A stretch of DNA of 64,000 nt from Pseudomonadota bacterium. GTDB taxonomy: Bacteria > Pseudomonadota > Gammaproteobacteria > Steroidobacterales > Steroidobacteraceae. The DNA is taken from the NCBI GenBank assembly GCA_963204795.1, contig CAUJHX010000182.1:56903-120902 (forward strand). Direction: 5' to 3'. This document shows positions 1-8,515 of this stretch, piece after piece; the stretch's first letter is position 1, and every line of letters begins with the position of its first letter. The notes beneath the pieces are model-generated. The model was not told the DNA's origin, did not search any database, and was given only the letters and a program-made list of their open reading frames with translations. A program made the position numbers and the translations under genes.

Positions 1-194
1 TCGACCGTGGTCTGCTGGGTCTCCGAGACGATGGTGCTGACGGCCTCGGTCAGCCGCGCCAGCACCCCGCGTTGGTACTCGGTCTTGGCGTGCGCCTGCA
101 GCCAGTTTGACGCCGCATAGAGGGCCCAGGACGCGATGGCGATGACCAACGGGATGAGCGCCTGAACGAGCTGCGGCAAGATTTCCTTCATCAT
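1..194 (-). CDS. holin-like small membrane protein (N-terminal part only; gene runs off the left edge)
   Basis: Not in the ORF track because it is truncated. ATG at 194-192 overlaps the TGA of the upstream lysin gene (ATGA). An AGGAGA RBS lies 9 nt upstream. Hand translation MMKEILPQLVQALIPLVIAIASWALYAASNWLQAHAKTEYQRGVLARLTEAVSTIVSETQQTTV shows one N-terminal hydrophobic helix. It sits directly after a lytic transglycosylase gene. Confidence 0.4.
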   Translation of the reverse strand, partial: MMKEILPQLVQALIPLVIAIASWALYAASNWLQAHAKTEYQRGVLARLTEAVSTIVSETQQTTV

Positions 195-1006
195 CTGGAC
201 TTTTCTCCTGGCTTCTGCTTGGCGGCTGCCCCGCCCGTGATGGATGCGCGCATGGCGGCGAGGGTCCTGACGCGCTCGGTCACCCAGCCCGACGAAACGG
301 CGCCACAGCGCCCGCCCGTCCCGTAGGCGGCAAACGTCCCTGCGTCGCCAGCGCACTGCGTGCGGGCGCGCGCCAAGGCGCGCATGCCGACCTCGAAGCA
401 TCGCCCGAGGGCCTCCGGGCTCGTGCCAAGGAGCTGGCGCGCGATCTGCTCTTGGTCAGCCTTGCTCTGAGCCTTCTTGCGCTCGTCCTCACTGATCCAG
501 GAAGCGTTCTGCGCGATCTGGTCGGGCATGATCTGCATCAGGCACGACTCATTGGCTGGCCCGCGCCCCATTGGCGGGGCGCCGATCTGCACGTCTTCCC
601 GGAGCCCGCTCTCGTGAAGCGCGACCGTCGCGGCGAAGAGAGAGAGCGACTGCACCTGTCCTTTGCCGCCGCCCCAGCGCAACGGAGTGCACTCGAAGTC
701 GACGTCGCCGCTCGGCAGCTTGCAGGTCACCATGCGGTTCGCCGTCGCGACCAGGGTCTTGGCGATTACAGCGATGCGCGCCTCGGCTGTCGCCCGCTGC
801 TCGTGGCGTACCCAGCCACCACGGAAGGCGTTCCAGCGCGGCGGAACGCAGAGCACGCCTGTGCCCTCGCACACGGGGGCCAGTGAGCACGTCGGGGTCT
901 TCGCGTCGGCGCCGCACGTGTCGAGCACCTCGAAGCTGTAGACGCTAGACCCCGCGGCCGAGTGAGCAGTCAAGAAGGCGGCGAGCGCCACGGAAAGAGC
1001 CGGCAT
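191..1006 (-). CDS. secreted SLT-type lytic transglycosylase (endolysin candidate)
   Basis: 271 aa. Signal-like N-terminus MPALSVALAAFLTAHSAAG. SLT-type motifs ALHESGLRE (catalytic Glu-Ser) and CLMQIMP (GLMQ-like). Confidence 0.75.
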   Translation of the reverse strand: MPALSVALAAFLTAHSAAGSSVYSFEVLDTCGADAKTPTCSLAPVCEGTGVLCVPPRWNAFRGGWVRHEQRATAEARIAVIAKTLVATANRMVTCKLPSGDVDFECTPLRWGGGKGQVQSLSLFAATVALHESGLREDVQIGAPPMGRGPANESCLMQIMPDQIAQNASWISEDERKKAQSKADQEQIARQLLGTSPEALGRCFEVGMRALARARTQCAGDAGTFAAYGTGGRCGAVSSGWVTERVRTLAAMRASITGGAAAKQKPGEKSR

Positions 1007-1039
1007 GGCGGCGGAGCCTAAGTCGCTTTCGTCATCCGG

Positions 1040-2059
1040 TCAAAATCGAGCCAGCCTGCCGAACCAGTAGCCCGCGCCGATTCCGACGATGAGTCCAGAC
1101 GTTGCGGCGGCTATGCCGGGCCACGGAGAATCCGTTTCGTACACGTCCACTGGAACGAGTTTCCTGTTGAGCGTGCACGTCGCCGCTTCATCGACGCCGA
1201 GTCCAGACACGGGAACAGATGTACCAGCGCACGTGAGCCCTTGGTTCAGACGCGGAGCCAGGAACGTCTTCCAGATCGCGCGCTGCGCATACCTTGAGAT
1301 GAAAACATGATCCGGCTCCGCGTTGCCGCCATAGCTCAGGTTCCAGGCGTTCCCGATTGCTGCGATGTCAGGCATCGGCATCGTATCCCACGTGCGCGTG
1401 ATTGGGACGGTGCCGCTGGCAGTTGGTCGGTTCACGGTGATCGTGACCGAGGGCGGCGGCGGCCCTGCGACCAGCTCGTTCAGATCGTACGATGGGACGG
1501 TGACTGCGCCAGACAAGTTGTCCTGCACATAGTCCATGATGGCCTCCGCGGCCTCCGCGGTGCTCGTGACCTGCTTCGAGTGTGACGAGATCCCGGTGAA
1601 CGCGTTGACGAACAGGCGCTGGTCGCGCGCGGCCTTGAGCGCGTACTTGCCCCAGATGTCGAGGTCCGGCTGATGCAGCGCGCCGCTGTAGACCTTCTGC
1701 ACTACGGCGCCGTCCAAAGAAATGACGCCGTCGATCCATGCGGCGTCCGGGCCGGCGAGTACGCGTTTCAGAAACTGGTTGCCCGCGCTGAAGCCGACCA
1801 GTGTGACGCTGCGGATCTTGTAGCCCTTCAGGCGGCGGAGCAGCGGGCGGAGGATCGAACCCTGCGGATCCTGGGCCTTGAGCGAGTCGGCAGTGCGGTT
1901 GAAGCCGGCCGACGCAAGGACTTCGCCTTCGGCCATCTGCGGCTCGACACCGATCACGACGGGCGGGTTGGCGAAAAGGGTCAGGTCTTGAGCGAGCGCC
2001 CGGAAGGACTCCTGGGGCGGGGTCGCGAACGCGGACACAACCACGTCGGTCTCTGACAT
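1040..2059 (-). CDS. alpha/beta-hydrolase-like protein with C-terminal membrane anchor (possible lysis-associated esterase)
   Basis: 339 aa. Nucleophile elbow VGFSAGN (GxSxG). C-terminal hydrophobic helix GIAAATSGLIVGIGAGYWFGRLARF. Adjacent to the lysin gene. The esterase role is inference. Confidence 0.5.
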   Translation of the reverse strand: MSETDVVVSAFATPPQESFRALAQDLTLFANPPVVIGVEPQMAEGEVLASAGFNRTADSLKAQDPQGSILRPLLRRLKGYKIRSVTLVGFSAGNQFLKRVLAGPDAAWIDGVISLDGAVVQKVYSGALHQPDLDIWGKYALKAARDQRLFVNAFTGISSHSKQVTSTAEAAEAIMDYVQDNLSGAVTVPSYDLNELVAGPPPPSVTITVNRPTASGTVPITRTWDTMPMPDIAAIGNAWNLSYGGNAEPDHVFISRYAQRAIWKTFLAPRLNQGLTCAGTSVPVSGLGVDEAATCTLNRKLVPVDVYETDSPWPGIAAATSGLIVGIGAGYWFGRLARF

Positions 2060-2120
2060 ATGCGGAGGCTACCACGAGCAAGAAGCTCGCGGCTATGGGG
2101 CGTCTCTCCAGCTCGCCCAA

Positions 2121-2804
2121 TCACCACTCCAACCACCGGACGACCGGCTCTGGCACCGGCAAGCCCCGACTCCGACGCTCGCAGGCGCGCCACACGATCA
2201 CACCGTACGCGGTCGCGTCGTTGCTGCTGGACACCATGAGCGGCTTCCCGGTGCGCTTGCTGAGCATGGGTGAGCCGGTCAACGGATCGAGCTTGGGCTT
2301 CTTGGTCTTCTTGAAGCTCGGGCGGCGGTTGAGCACGTAGATGACGCTCGGCGGGTGCTCGCGCCAGAGGCCCGCCGTGCGGTCTTTGCCTTCCAGAAAG
2401 TTCAGGCGAAGCAAGAACGCCAGCACGCCCGTGTCGGGGTCGAGCATGGTCAGCGCGTGGCGCACATGTTCCTCCGCATGCACGAATGGCGGGTTGCCGA
2501 TCACCGCGTCGAAAAACACGCTGGGCTCGTAGTCCAGGAAGTCGCCCTCAATGAACTCGTCCAATGGGACCGCGTCGAGAGCTTCTTGCCGACGCAGGTC
2601 TACGCCTACAAGGGTTTCTGGAGCAAGCCGTCGTCCGATGGCGTCGGCGAACGCCCCTTTGCCTACGCTCGGCTCCAGGATGGAGCTGCGCACCGACACG
2701 AGCTTGTCTGCTAGAAGCCGCTCGCAGATCGCCGCGGCACAGCCGAACGGCGTCCAGTAGCCGTCCAGCTCTTCGCGCTCACTGCCCCTGTTTGCGGCGC
2801 TCAT
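2121..2804 (-). CDS. orphan N6-adenine DNA methyltransferase
   Basis: 227 aa from ATG 2804 (the track ORF starts at an upstream GTG). Motif I EPSVGKGAF and motif IV GNPPF. No adjacent restriction-enzyme-like gene. Confidence 0.8.
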   Translation of the reverse strand: MSAANRGSEREELDGYWTPFGCAAAICERLLADKLVSVRSSILEPSVGKGAFADAIGRRLAPETLVGVDLRRQEALDAVPLDEFIEGDFLDYEPSVFFDAVIGNPPFVHAEEHVRHALTMLDPDTGVLAFLLRLNFLEGKDRTAGLWREHPPSVIYVLNRRPSFKKTKKPKLDPLTGSPMLSKRTGKPLMVSSSNDATAYGVIVWRACERRSRGLPVPEPVVRWLEW

Positions 2805-2953
2805 GCTGCCAACCACAAGGTGGCGTCGGCGCCCACCACGCTACGGCCGCAGCCAAGCTGCGTCGGCTTGCCCCAGCACTCACGGCAGTAGCCGCAGTGG
2901 CTGAGCCATCCGCACACCAGGGCGCGGCGCTTGGGATGCCAGATGCACTTCAT
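2801..2953 (-). CDS. small Cys-rich protein (50 aa)
   Basis: Below the track cutoff. ATGA overlaps at both ends (2950-2953 and 2801-2804). Hand translation MKCIWHPKRRALVCGWLSHCGYCRECWGKPTQLGCGRSVVGADATLWLAA. Confidence 0.4.
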   Translation of the reverse strand: MKCIWHPKRRALVCGWLSHCGYCRECWGKPTQLGCGRSVVGADATLWLAA

Positions 2954-3618
2954 TGCCCGACTCGCTTTCTGTCAAGTTCGCTCGGGGCCCGCTCGACGCG
3001 CGGGCCGCCCAGACAGGAACACTGCGCGAACCCGCACCTGCCGCAGGTCCCCTTGATGCACGAGTCGCAGCCGAGCAGCGTCGAGCCCCGGAACCGCAGG
3101 TTGGCGACCGATCCGCAGTGCGGGCACGGGATGCCGCGCACACGGCGACCGATCCGGCCCGCGCTCAGGCCTGACACCATCGCATTGAGCACGTCCTTGG
3201 CCCACTGCACCGCGTGGGAGCTGGACATTTCGGACTCGCCCACCCCCACATGGACGCGGCGCCGCGTTGGCCCGTCGTCGAGTTGCGAGCCGTACCACTC
3301 GACGTACCCATCTCTGGCCACCTCCTGCATGTCGCAGACCGCGTTGGCGAAGTTCAGCGCGTGTGGGTGCAGGTCGCTCATGGTCACCGCGAGCCCTTCT
3401 TCGCGAAGGCGCTCGACGATGCGGGACGACGTGTACCCGTCGGCAGCCACACACTCCGCGGCGACCTGCAGCGTGACCGCCGATGCCCGCGCTGCGTCTG
3501 CGACACAGAAGTGGTTCGCGAACATGGGGCACAGCAGCTCGAACAGAGCCTCGGGGTAGTCCATGCCCTCGCCCCAGTTCCGCAGCGTCTCGATGATGCG
3601 GTCCCTGAAGTCCGTCAT
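2950..3618 (-). CDS. hypothetical protein with C-terminal Cys cluster
   Basis: 222 aa from ATG 3618, which overlaps the tmk stop (ATGA). Starts MTDFRDRIIETL. C-terminus CPHCGSVANLRFRGSTLLGCDSCIKGTCGRCGFAQCSC. Confidence 0.6.
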   Translation of the reverse strand: MTDFRDRIIETLRNWGEGMDYPEALFELLCPMFANHFCVADAARASAVTLQVAAECVAADGYTSSRIVERLREEGLAVTMSDLHPHALNFANAVCDMQEVARDGYVEWYGSQLDDGPTRRRVHVGVGESEMSSSHAVQWAKDVLNAMVSGLSAGRIGRRVRGIPCPHCGSVANLRFRGSTLLGCDSCIKGTCGRCGFAQCSCLGGPRVERAPSELDRKRVGQ

Positions 3619-4277
3619 GGCAGCGCGGCTCCGCACGCTCGCAGGACTCGGGCAGCCACCTCGTCCTGCTCGCCGTTGGCGTTTATGTGCACGACCGCCT
3701 CGCCACCGAGCCAGTGCTCGGGGGTCTGGTAGAGCGAGGCCACGACAGCCTGCAGCCCCGAGTCGGAGTCGTAGGCGCTCTGAGCGCCGCGGGCCTTCAG
3801 GCGCTCGACCGCGTGCACGCTGTGCAAGATCAGGGTCAGGTCCGGCACCGGGCACCACTGGTTGATCTCCATGATCCACTCGCCGGCAACGCGGAAGAGA
3901 TCGAAGGCACTCGGCGCATCATTCGCGTTCGACTTCGTCGCCTCCACCCAGAGCCGCGCCGTCTGGTAGATCGCCGTGGACAGGTAGTAGCGGTCGCAGA
4001 CGACCGTCTGGCCAGTGTCGAGCGCGGGCTGAATGATGTTTTCGACGTGCCATGCGCGGTCTGCCGAAAACAGCATGCTCATCGCGCGCCAGTCGAGCCC
4101 GTGAACCATGGGCGTAGCGAGGAGCGACCGGATGAGCGGGCCAACAGGGCTCAGGTTCGTGGGTTCACGCGTCTCGACGACGTCGAGCCCCTTCTCGCGA
4201 AGCGAGATCGCGAGTCGCTTCGCCTGCACGGTTTTGCCGACGCCGTCGGGTCCTTCGAGCACGATGAACTTGTTCAT
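3615..4277 (-). CDS. tmk: thymidylate kinase
   Basis: 220 aa from ATG 4277 with a GGAGGA RBS. Begins MNKFIVLEGPDGVGKTVQAKRLA (P-loop), followed by ETREP and a DRY-type motif (CDRYYLS). Confidence 0.85.
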   Translation of the reverse strand: MNKFIVLEGPDGVGKTVQAKRLAISLREKGLDVVETREPTNLSPVGPLIRSLLATPMVHGLDWRAMSMLFSADRAWHVENIIQPALDTGQTVVCDRYYLSTAIYQTARLWVEATKSNANDAPSAFDLFRVAGEWIMEINQWCPVPDLTLILHSVHAVERLKARGAQSAYDSDSGLQAVVASLYQTPEHWLGGEAVVHINANGEQDEVAARVLRACGAALP

Positions 4278-4612
4278 GGTTCCTCCGGGCGCGCGTAGTA
4301 GAGCAGCGCCTCTCGTGTGCCGCAGCGCGCGCACTTGCACCAAACCTTGGGCGGCGCACTCGTCAAGACCTCGTTCGCGGTCAGCATGTCAAACACCCAT
4401 TCCGCGCCAGGCCCGCAAGCGCACAACCACAGAGGCTCGGGATCGCTCAGTCGGGCAAGGCGCAGCCCGTAGCGAGCCAGCTCCAGGTTGGCCTGCCTGA
4501 ACAGCTCGCGCTCGCTCGGATCTGCGAGCCGTTGCATCACCAGCCGCCCAGTCTCGCCCACTACCGCGCGAACGAACTCGGCCGCGCCCATCTCGCGCTT
4601 GTCGTCCGTCAT
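4274..4612 (-). CDS. hypothetical protein (112 aa) with CxC...CxxC
   Basis: ATG 4612 overlaps the thyX stop (ATGA) and its own stop overlaps the tmk ATG. Starts MTDDKREMGAAEFVRAV. Contains LCACGPG and CKCARCG. Confidence 0.6.
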   Translation of the reverse strand: MTDDKREMGAAEFVRAVVGETGRLVMQRLADPSERELFRQANLELARYGLRLARLSDPEPLWLCACGPGAEWVFDMLTANEVLTSAPPKVWCKCARCGTREALLYYARPEEP

Positions 4613-5622
4613 GTGCGCGCTCCCAGAATGTCCTCTTCGTGGGGAATCATCTTCCGCAAGGTGACCCAGCCCTGCACGTTCCCCAGGAAGTGGGTGTACT
4701 CGCCTGGCGCAACAAGAGTCCACACCGCCTTCCTGTTGCCCATCCAGCGCTCTTCCGCGTGAAGTCTGCCGTCGCTCCACTGTGCCCCGACCCAGTACCA
4801 GCCGTGCTCGTGATGCCAACGGAGCTTCTTCTGCTCGAACAGCTCCAGCTCATCCGGCGTCATGGGCCGAGCGACGTTCTCGTACGGGCTCATGTGCCCG
4901 CCCGCGTGCATCTTGTCGTGCAGACCGACGTCCGCCGACAGGTCGTACTTGCCATCGTGAGTGAGCGAGGAGACGCGGGCGCAGCGGCCGACGGAAACCT
5001 TGCAGAGCATGTTTTGTTTCTCATAGGCTGCATTCACGTCCGCAAGCACCTCGTCACCGCAGTCCTCGGGACCGATGTACGGCATGTGCCATTCATTGGA
5101 GCCAAGCTGCCTCGGCTCGCTCTTCCCATACAGCTCACGCATCGCGTGCGCGAGATCGCGGAAGTCCGGGTGCGCGGCCGTGTGATCGCGCAAGTTGAAG
5201 AAGTTCGACCACTCCGTCGCCGAGATCACAGTCGGGTGCCACATGAAGGGCTCGATCAGGCGGTTCGTGATCTGCTTGTGGACGCCAACCGCGAGCAGCG
5301 CCCTCGCACTCTCCACCGCCTTATCACGTGCGCCTAGCCACCATGAGGTGGCCACAGTTTGCTCACCTTCACTCAGCTCCTCCTCCGCTTGCATCCCCTT
5401 CTGATTCTTGCCCCAGTGCGTGGGCACGTACGGGTCTTCGAGCACGCGCCGGACCATCTTCTCGACCGGCACGGCGCGGCTGGAGGCGGACACGCGGGAC
5501 AAAAGCCTGTGCGTGTTCACCTCCGCCAGTACGATTCTCGGGTAGACCGCCTCGAAGGTCGTGAGGCGGTGCCCGGCGGGGCTGATGCTGTCGGCAATGA
5601 TCTTCGCTGAAGTCTCGGTCAT
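4609..5622 (-). CDS. thyX: flavin-dependent thymidylate synthase, unusually long
   Basis: 337 aa from ATG 5622. ThyX signature THRLLSRVSASSRA (HRxxSxxxxSxR). Longer than the roughly 220-260 aa I recall as typical. Confidence 0.85.
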   Translation of the reverse strand: MTETSAKIIADSISPAGHRLTTFEAVYPRIVLAEVNTHRLLSRVSASSRAVPVEKMVRRVLEDPYVPTHWGKNQKGMQAEEELSEGEQTVATSWWLGARDKAVESARALLAVGVHKQITNRLIEPFMWHPTVISATEWSNFFNLRDHTAAHPDFRDLAHAMRELYGKSEPRQLGSNEWHMPYIGPEDCGDEVLADVNAAYEKQNMLCKVSVGRCARVSSLTHDGKYDLSADVGLHDKMHAGGHMSPYENVARPMTPDELELFEQKKLRWHHEHGWYWVGAQWSDGRLHAEERWMGNRKAVWTLVAPGEYTHFLGNVQGWVTLRKMIPHEEDILGART

Positions 5623-5658
5623 CACTTCTTGTCCTTTCGGTCATCACTTCTTGTCCTT
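5615..5658. repeat. perfect 22-bp tandem duplication spanning the upstream-gene stop / thyX start junction
   Basis: Forward unit tcggtcatcacttcttgtcctt at 5615-5636 and again at 5637-5658. On the coding strand this is AAGGACAAGAAGTGATGACCGA x2. Confidence 0.9.
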
Positions 5659-5853
5659 GTAGAGCGCCGACTCGAAAGCTGACTCGGGGCGGAACACGCC
5701 GTTCGACGTGTTGGGCGCGGGCACCTCGTGCCTTCGCCCGCAGCGACACAGCCAGTAGAGGATCTCCGTGCCGTCGTCGTCGCAGACGGGCGTCTCAGGC
5801 TTGTGCGGGCAGCCCGTCAAGTCCTCCAGCATTAGATCGCTTCGTCGAGTCAT
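5644..5853 (-). CDS. small Cys-containing hypothetical protein (69 aa)
   Basis: ATG 5853 preceded by AGGAGAGCAAAGCT. Contains CPHKPETPVC and CRCGRRH. Confidence 0.6.
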   Translation of the reverse strand: MTRRSDLMLEDLTGCPHKPETPVCDDDGTEILYWLCRCGRRHEVPAPNTSNGVFRPESAFESALYKDKK

Positions 5854-5871
5854 AGCTTTGCTCTCCTGGCT

Positions 5872-6153
5872 TCAGTCGCGGCGCACCGTCACCGTGTAGC
5901 CAAGCTGCGCCATCGCTGTCCGCAGTGACTTGATGAACGCTGGTAGCGACTTCTCGGCAATCCCCACGCATTGCGTTACTCCATGCACAGATTGAGACAC
6001 CTGCAGCGTGTCGCTGTTCGGGCCGACGACTTCGACGAAAACCTTCTCGCTGCCGGTCGACACTTCCGTCAAGTAATCGAGATCGCTGGCGAGTCGATTT
6101 AGGGCCTCTTCTCCGAACCACTCCGTCACCTTCCTCTTGCCGATTCCGCTCAC
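5872..6153 (-). CDS. hypothetical protein (93 aa)
   Basis: I prefer GTG 6153, which makes a GTGA overlap with the upstream stop and has AGGAGG 5 nt upstream. The track start is 6195. Confidence 0.55.
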   Translation of the reverse strand: MSGIGKRKVTEWFGEEALNRLASDLDYLTEVSTGSEKVFVEVVGPNSDTLQVSQSVHGVTQCVGIAEKSLPAFIKSLRTAMAQLGYTVTVRRD

Positions 6154-6491
6154 TGTTTCCTCCTGGCTTCCGAACCCTTTGCGTCGCATATGCACAACCA
6201 GAGCGAGCCGTCTTCACGGCCGCGCTGGAGCACATGCTCTCGGTGCGAGCACTGGGCTTCTTCGAGCTTGCCGGCCGTCGTCCCGAGCTGCACCGCTTTG
6301 TCCACGCACTCCGGTCGAGGTCGATGTTCCCTCGACGTGTATCCGATGATGCCAACGAACGCCCCGGCCATGAATGCCACCCCGATGATGGTCTTCTCTC
6401 GTGCCAGGACGCGCACAGGTATGAGCCACCCAAAAGCGAGGACCGTGACGGCGCCAATCACGGTCCAGAGCGCGTCGCCCCAGGTGAACAT
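6150..6491 (-). CDS. small membrane protein (113 aa, two hydrophobic helices) with Cys-rich tail
   Basis: ATG 6491 overlaps the upstream TGA by 1 nt (TGATG). Starts MFTWGDALWTVIGAVTVLAFGWLIPV, then IIGVAFMAGAFVGIIGY. Confidence 0.6.
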   Translation of the reverse strand: MFTWGDALWTVIGAVTVLAFGWLIPVRVLAREKTIIGVAFMAGAFVGIIGYTSREHRPRPECVDKAVQLGTTAGKLEEAQCSHREHVLQRGREDGSLWLCICDAKGSEARRKQ

Positions 6492-7021
6492 CACGGCCCC
6501 CTTGCGTCGGCGCATGTGGCGCACTGATAGAATGACCCGGCGGGCAGCGAGAACCACGCCGGGGCGCGATCCCCGCAGTAGCGGCACCGCGCGCACACCT
6601 CGTCGAGCACCTCCTCCATCGAGGCGCAGATTGCGGTGTTCATCAGGTACATCAGCTCGGGCTCGCTGAGCGGATCGTCGAGTAGCACGACAGTCCGCTG
6701 ACCGTGGCCCGCTGCCCAGCCCAGCTCCAAGTGCGCGCTGCGCCCGCAGGGCAAGACCAACACGGTGACGTTGGCCGCAGCCAACGCGTTCATGTCCTTG
6801 TTGAAGCCAGCGCGCGCGACTGGGTGCGAGAGCACACGGTCTCGAAACAGCTTCGGATCCTTCAGGTGCTCGGGCGAGAGCGCGCACTGCGTCCAGCTGA
6901 ACCCGTCGTCTCCGGGCTCGGGATGCCTGAAGTCGTAGACCTCGTGGCCCGCTGCGCGCAGCTCCTGCACGACTGCTGGCTGCCTGGCGTTTTTCCAGCT
7001 GCTCGCGACATAGATCCTCAT
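6491..7021 (-). CDS. nucleoside 2-deoxyribosyltransferase-like protein with C-terminal Cys4 tail
   Basis: 176 aa. MRIYVASSWKNARQPAVVQELRAAGHEVYDFRHP and LPCGRSAHLELGWAAG match the pattern I recall for phage NDT-like proteins. C-terminus CARCRYCG...CATC. Confidence 0.55.
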   Translation of the reverse strand: MRIYVASSWKNARQPAVVQELRAAGHEVYDFRHPEPGDDGFSWTQCALSPEHLKDPKLFRDRVLSHPVARAGFNKDMNALAAANVTVLVLPCGRSAHLELGWAAGHGQRTVVLLDDPLSEPELMYLMNTAICASMEEVLDEVCARCRYCGDRAPAWFSLPAGSFYQCATCADARGP

Positions 7022-7191
7022 GGCTTGCTCTCCTCTGCGAGTCTCTTCAGCGCCTTGATGACGCGCTTCAGGTCGCTCACGTGTACGAATACGGCCTCGT
7101 CATTGGCGCTCGCCCAGACGTTCGCGCCCACCACGGTGCCCTCGGAGTACACCGCGGTCACAAGCTGTCGGTTGTCGGTCACGTGCGTCAT
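7018..7191 (-). CDS. small hypothetical protein (57 aa)
   Basis: Below the track cutoff. ATGA overlaps at both ends. Hand translation MTHVTDNRQLVTAVYSEGTVVGANVWASANDEAVFVHVSDLKRVIKALKRLAEESKP. Confidence 0.45.
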   Translation of the reverse strand: MTHVTDNRQLVTAVYSEGTVVGANVWASANDEAVFVHVSDLKRVIKALKRLAEESKP

Positions 7192-7394
7192 GGCCTGTGC
7201 TCCTTGTCGCCGACCAGTATGTTCAGGCGCTCTTCGATCTTCTTGACTGCGCTATCCGGCGAGCGAGCCCAGACGTGAATGCGCGGAGAGTCCAACGGGA
7301 AGCCCGCGAAGTCCTCGCTCGAAGCGAGACCCTCGGAGCCGTCCGCCCGGATCTCCAGCATGTGGCTGTGCAACACCAGGACGAAGTGTCTCAC
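7188..7394 (-). CDS. small hypothetical protein (68 aa)
   Basis: GTG 7394 makes a GTGA overlap with the upstream stop. Its stop overlaps the next ATG. Confidence 0.5.
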   Translation of the reverse strand: MRHFVLVLHSHMLEIRADGSEGLASSEDFAGFPLDSPRIHVWARSPDSAVKKIEERLNILVGDKEHRP

Positions 7395-7759
7395 CGCGCA
7401 TCCTCCGCTAGCTGCTTCAGCCGATTCTCGATGCGAATGTACTCATCGCGAGCAGCTGTACCGCGAGAGCACCCCAGGTTGGTTGCCAAGTCGCATGCGA
7501 CGGCAACGTAGACGTGCCGGGGTGGACCCGCGCGCTCCCCCGATCCCTTTTGCCTGGGACGGAACGGCGAGATCGCTTGCCCGCAAGCGCAGCACGCCAC
7601 CGTCACGGCAAGAGCTGCCTGGAGCAAGTCCTTGTCCATCAGTTGGCTGTTCAGCTCGATGCGTCGGCGCGGCTTCTGGTGGCCACCGTCGCGCGCGTAC
7701 ATTTCGATCTTGATGTACGGCGCGAGTCGCTCGAAAAGCGGGTGCACGGTGATGCTCAT
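7391..7759 (-). CDS. hypothetical protein (122 aa)
   Basis: ATGA overlap at 7756-7759. Contains a CCACG motif. Confidence 0.55.
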   Translation of the reverse strand: MSITVHPLFERLAPYIKIEMYARDGGHQKPRRRIELNSQLMDKDLLQAALAVTVACCACGQAISPFRPRQKGSGERAGPPRHVYVAVACDLATNLGCSRGTAARDEYIRIENRLKQLAEDAR

Positions 7760-8172
7760 TTCATCCTCCTGCCTTCTTCGATAGCCTTCGCCGCGCCGAC
7801 CAGAGCGTCCAGCGACGAGAACGCCGCGCCGACGGCGACGAGCGCCGCCTCCAGCTCATGTAGCCGTCGTTCATGCTGCGTCAGTGCCTGATCGCGCTCG
7901 GCAATCTTCAGTTGCAGCGGATCGCCTTGCGCCGCGGCGAGCCGATGGTAGGTCCGAGATGATTCGAGCTTTTCGCGCAGCTCGGACAACTCTCGCTCGT
8001 CTTTCGGCGCGAGCGCGATGCCGCTGCGTAGCGCGGCGTCTATCCGCTTGAGTAGCTCGTCCCCTTCGCGCAGCGATGGCCTAGTGTGCGCGGTCGGGCA
8101 GAGCGTCAGCTCTTCGAGCGCGGCCTGCATCCACTGGCGGCAGTCCAAAAGCAGCTCATCGCGGTTCGCCAC
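7756..8172 (-). CDS. coiled-coil hypothetical protein
   Basis: I prefer GTG 8172 (AGAAGGGGA RBS 6 nt upstream) over the track TTG 8202. Helical, heptad-like sequence. Confidence 0.5.
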   Translation of the reverse strand: MANRDELLLDCRQWMQAALEELTLCPTAHTRPSLREGDELLKRIDAALRSGIALAPKDERELSELREKLESSRTYHRLAAAQGDPLQLKIAERDQALTQHERRLHELEAALVAVGAAFSSLDALVGAAKAIEEGRRMK

Positions 8173-8515
8173 TGCTTGTCCCCTTCTTTTGTGCCGCCCC
8201 AAGGCGGCGCATGACCCGGCACGCCGCGTCCAGACGTGTGAGCTTGTCGTCGATCTCTGACTCCAGCAGAGCGTCGAAGGAATTGAGCAGCTCCATCGCG
8301 GCGCCCCATTTCTTCAAGGCCGCGTCCGTGAGCTTCTCGGCCCGTTTGCGCTCCGCGGCACTGGCGCGATCTGCTGCCCAGCGGATGGTTGACATGACCG
8401 TGCCGTCGTCGGCCTCGGTCGCTTTGTCGTAGGCGCGCTGGCAGGTTTGACAGAGAACCGCGCCGTAGCCGTCGCAGATGATGCAGACCCGCTGGGTCTT
8501 GGGCTTTGATCTCAC
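8156..8515 (-). CDS. hypothetical protein with N-terminal CxxC...CxxC
   Basis: GTG 8515 with GGAGG 5 nt upstream and a GTGA overlap. Contains CIICDGYGAVLCQTC. Confidence 0.55.
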   Translation of the reverse strand: MRSKPKTQRVCIICDGYGAVLCQTCQRAYDKATEADDGTVMSTIRWAADRASAAERKRAEKLTDAALKKWGAAMELLNSFDALLESEIDDKLTRLDAACRVMRRLGAAQKKGTSSGEPR

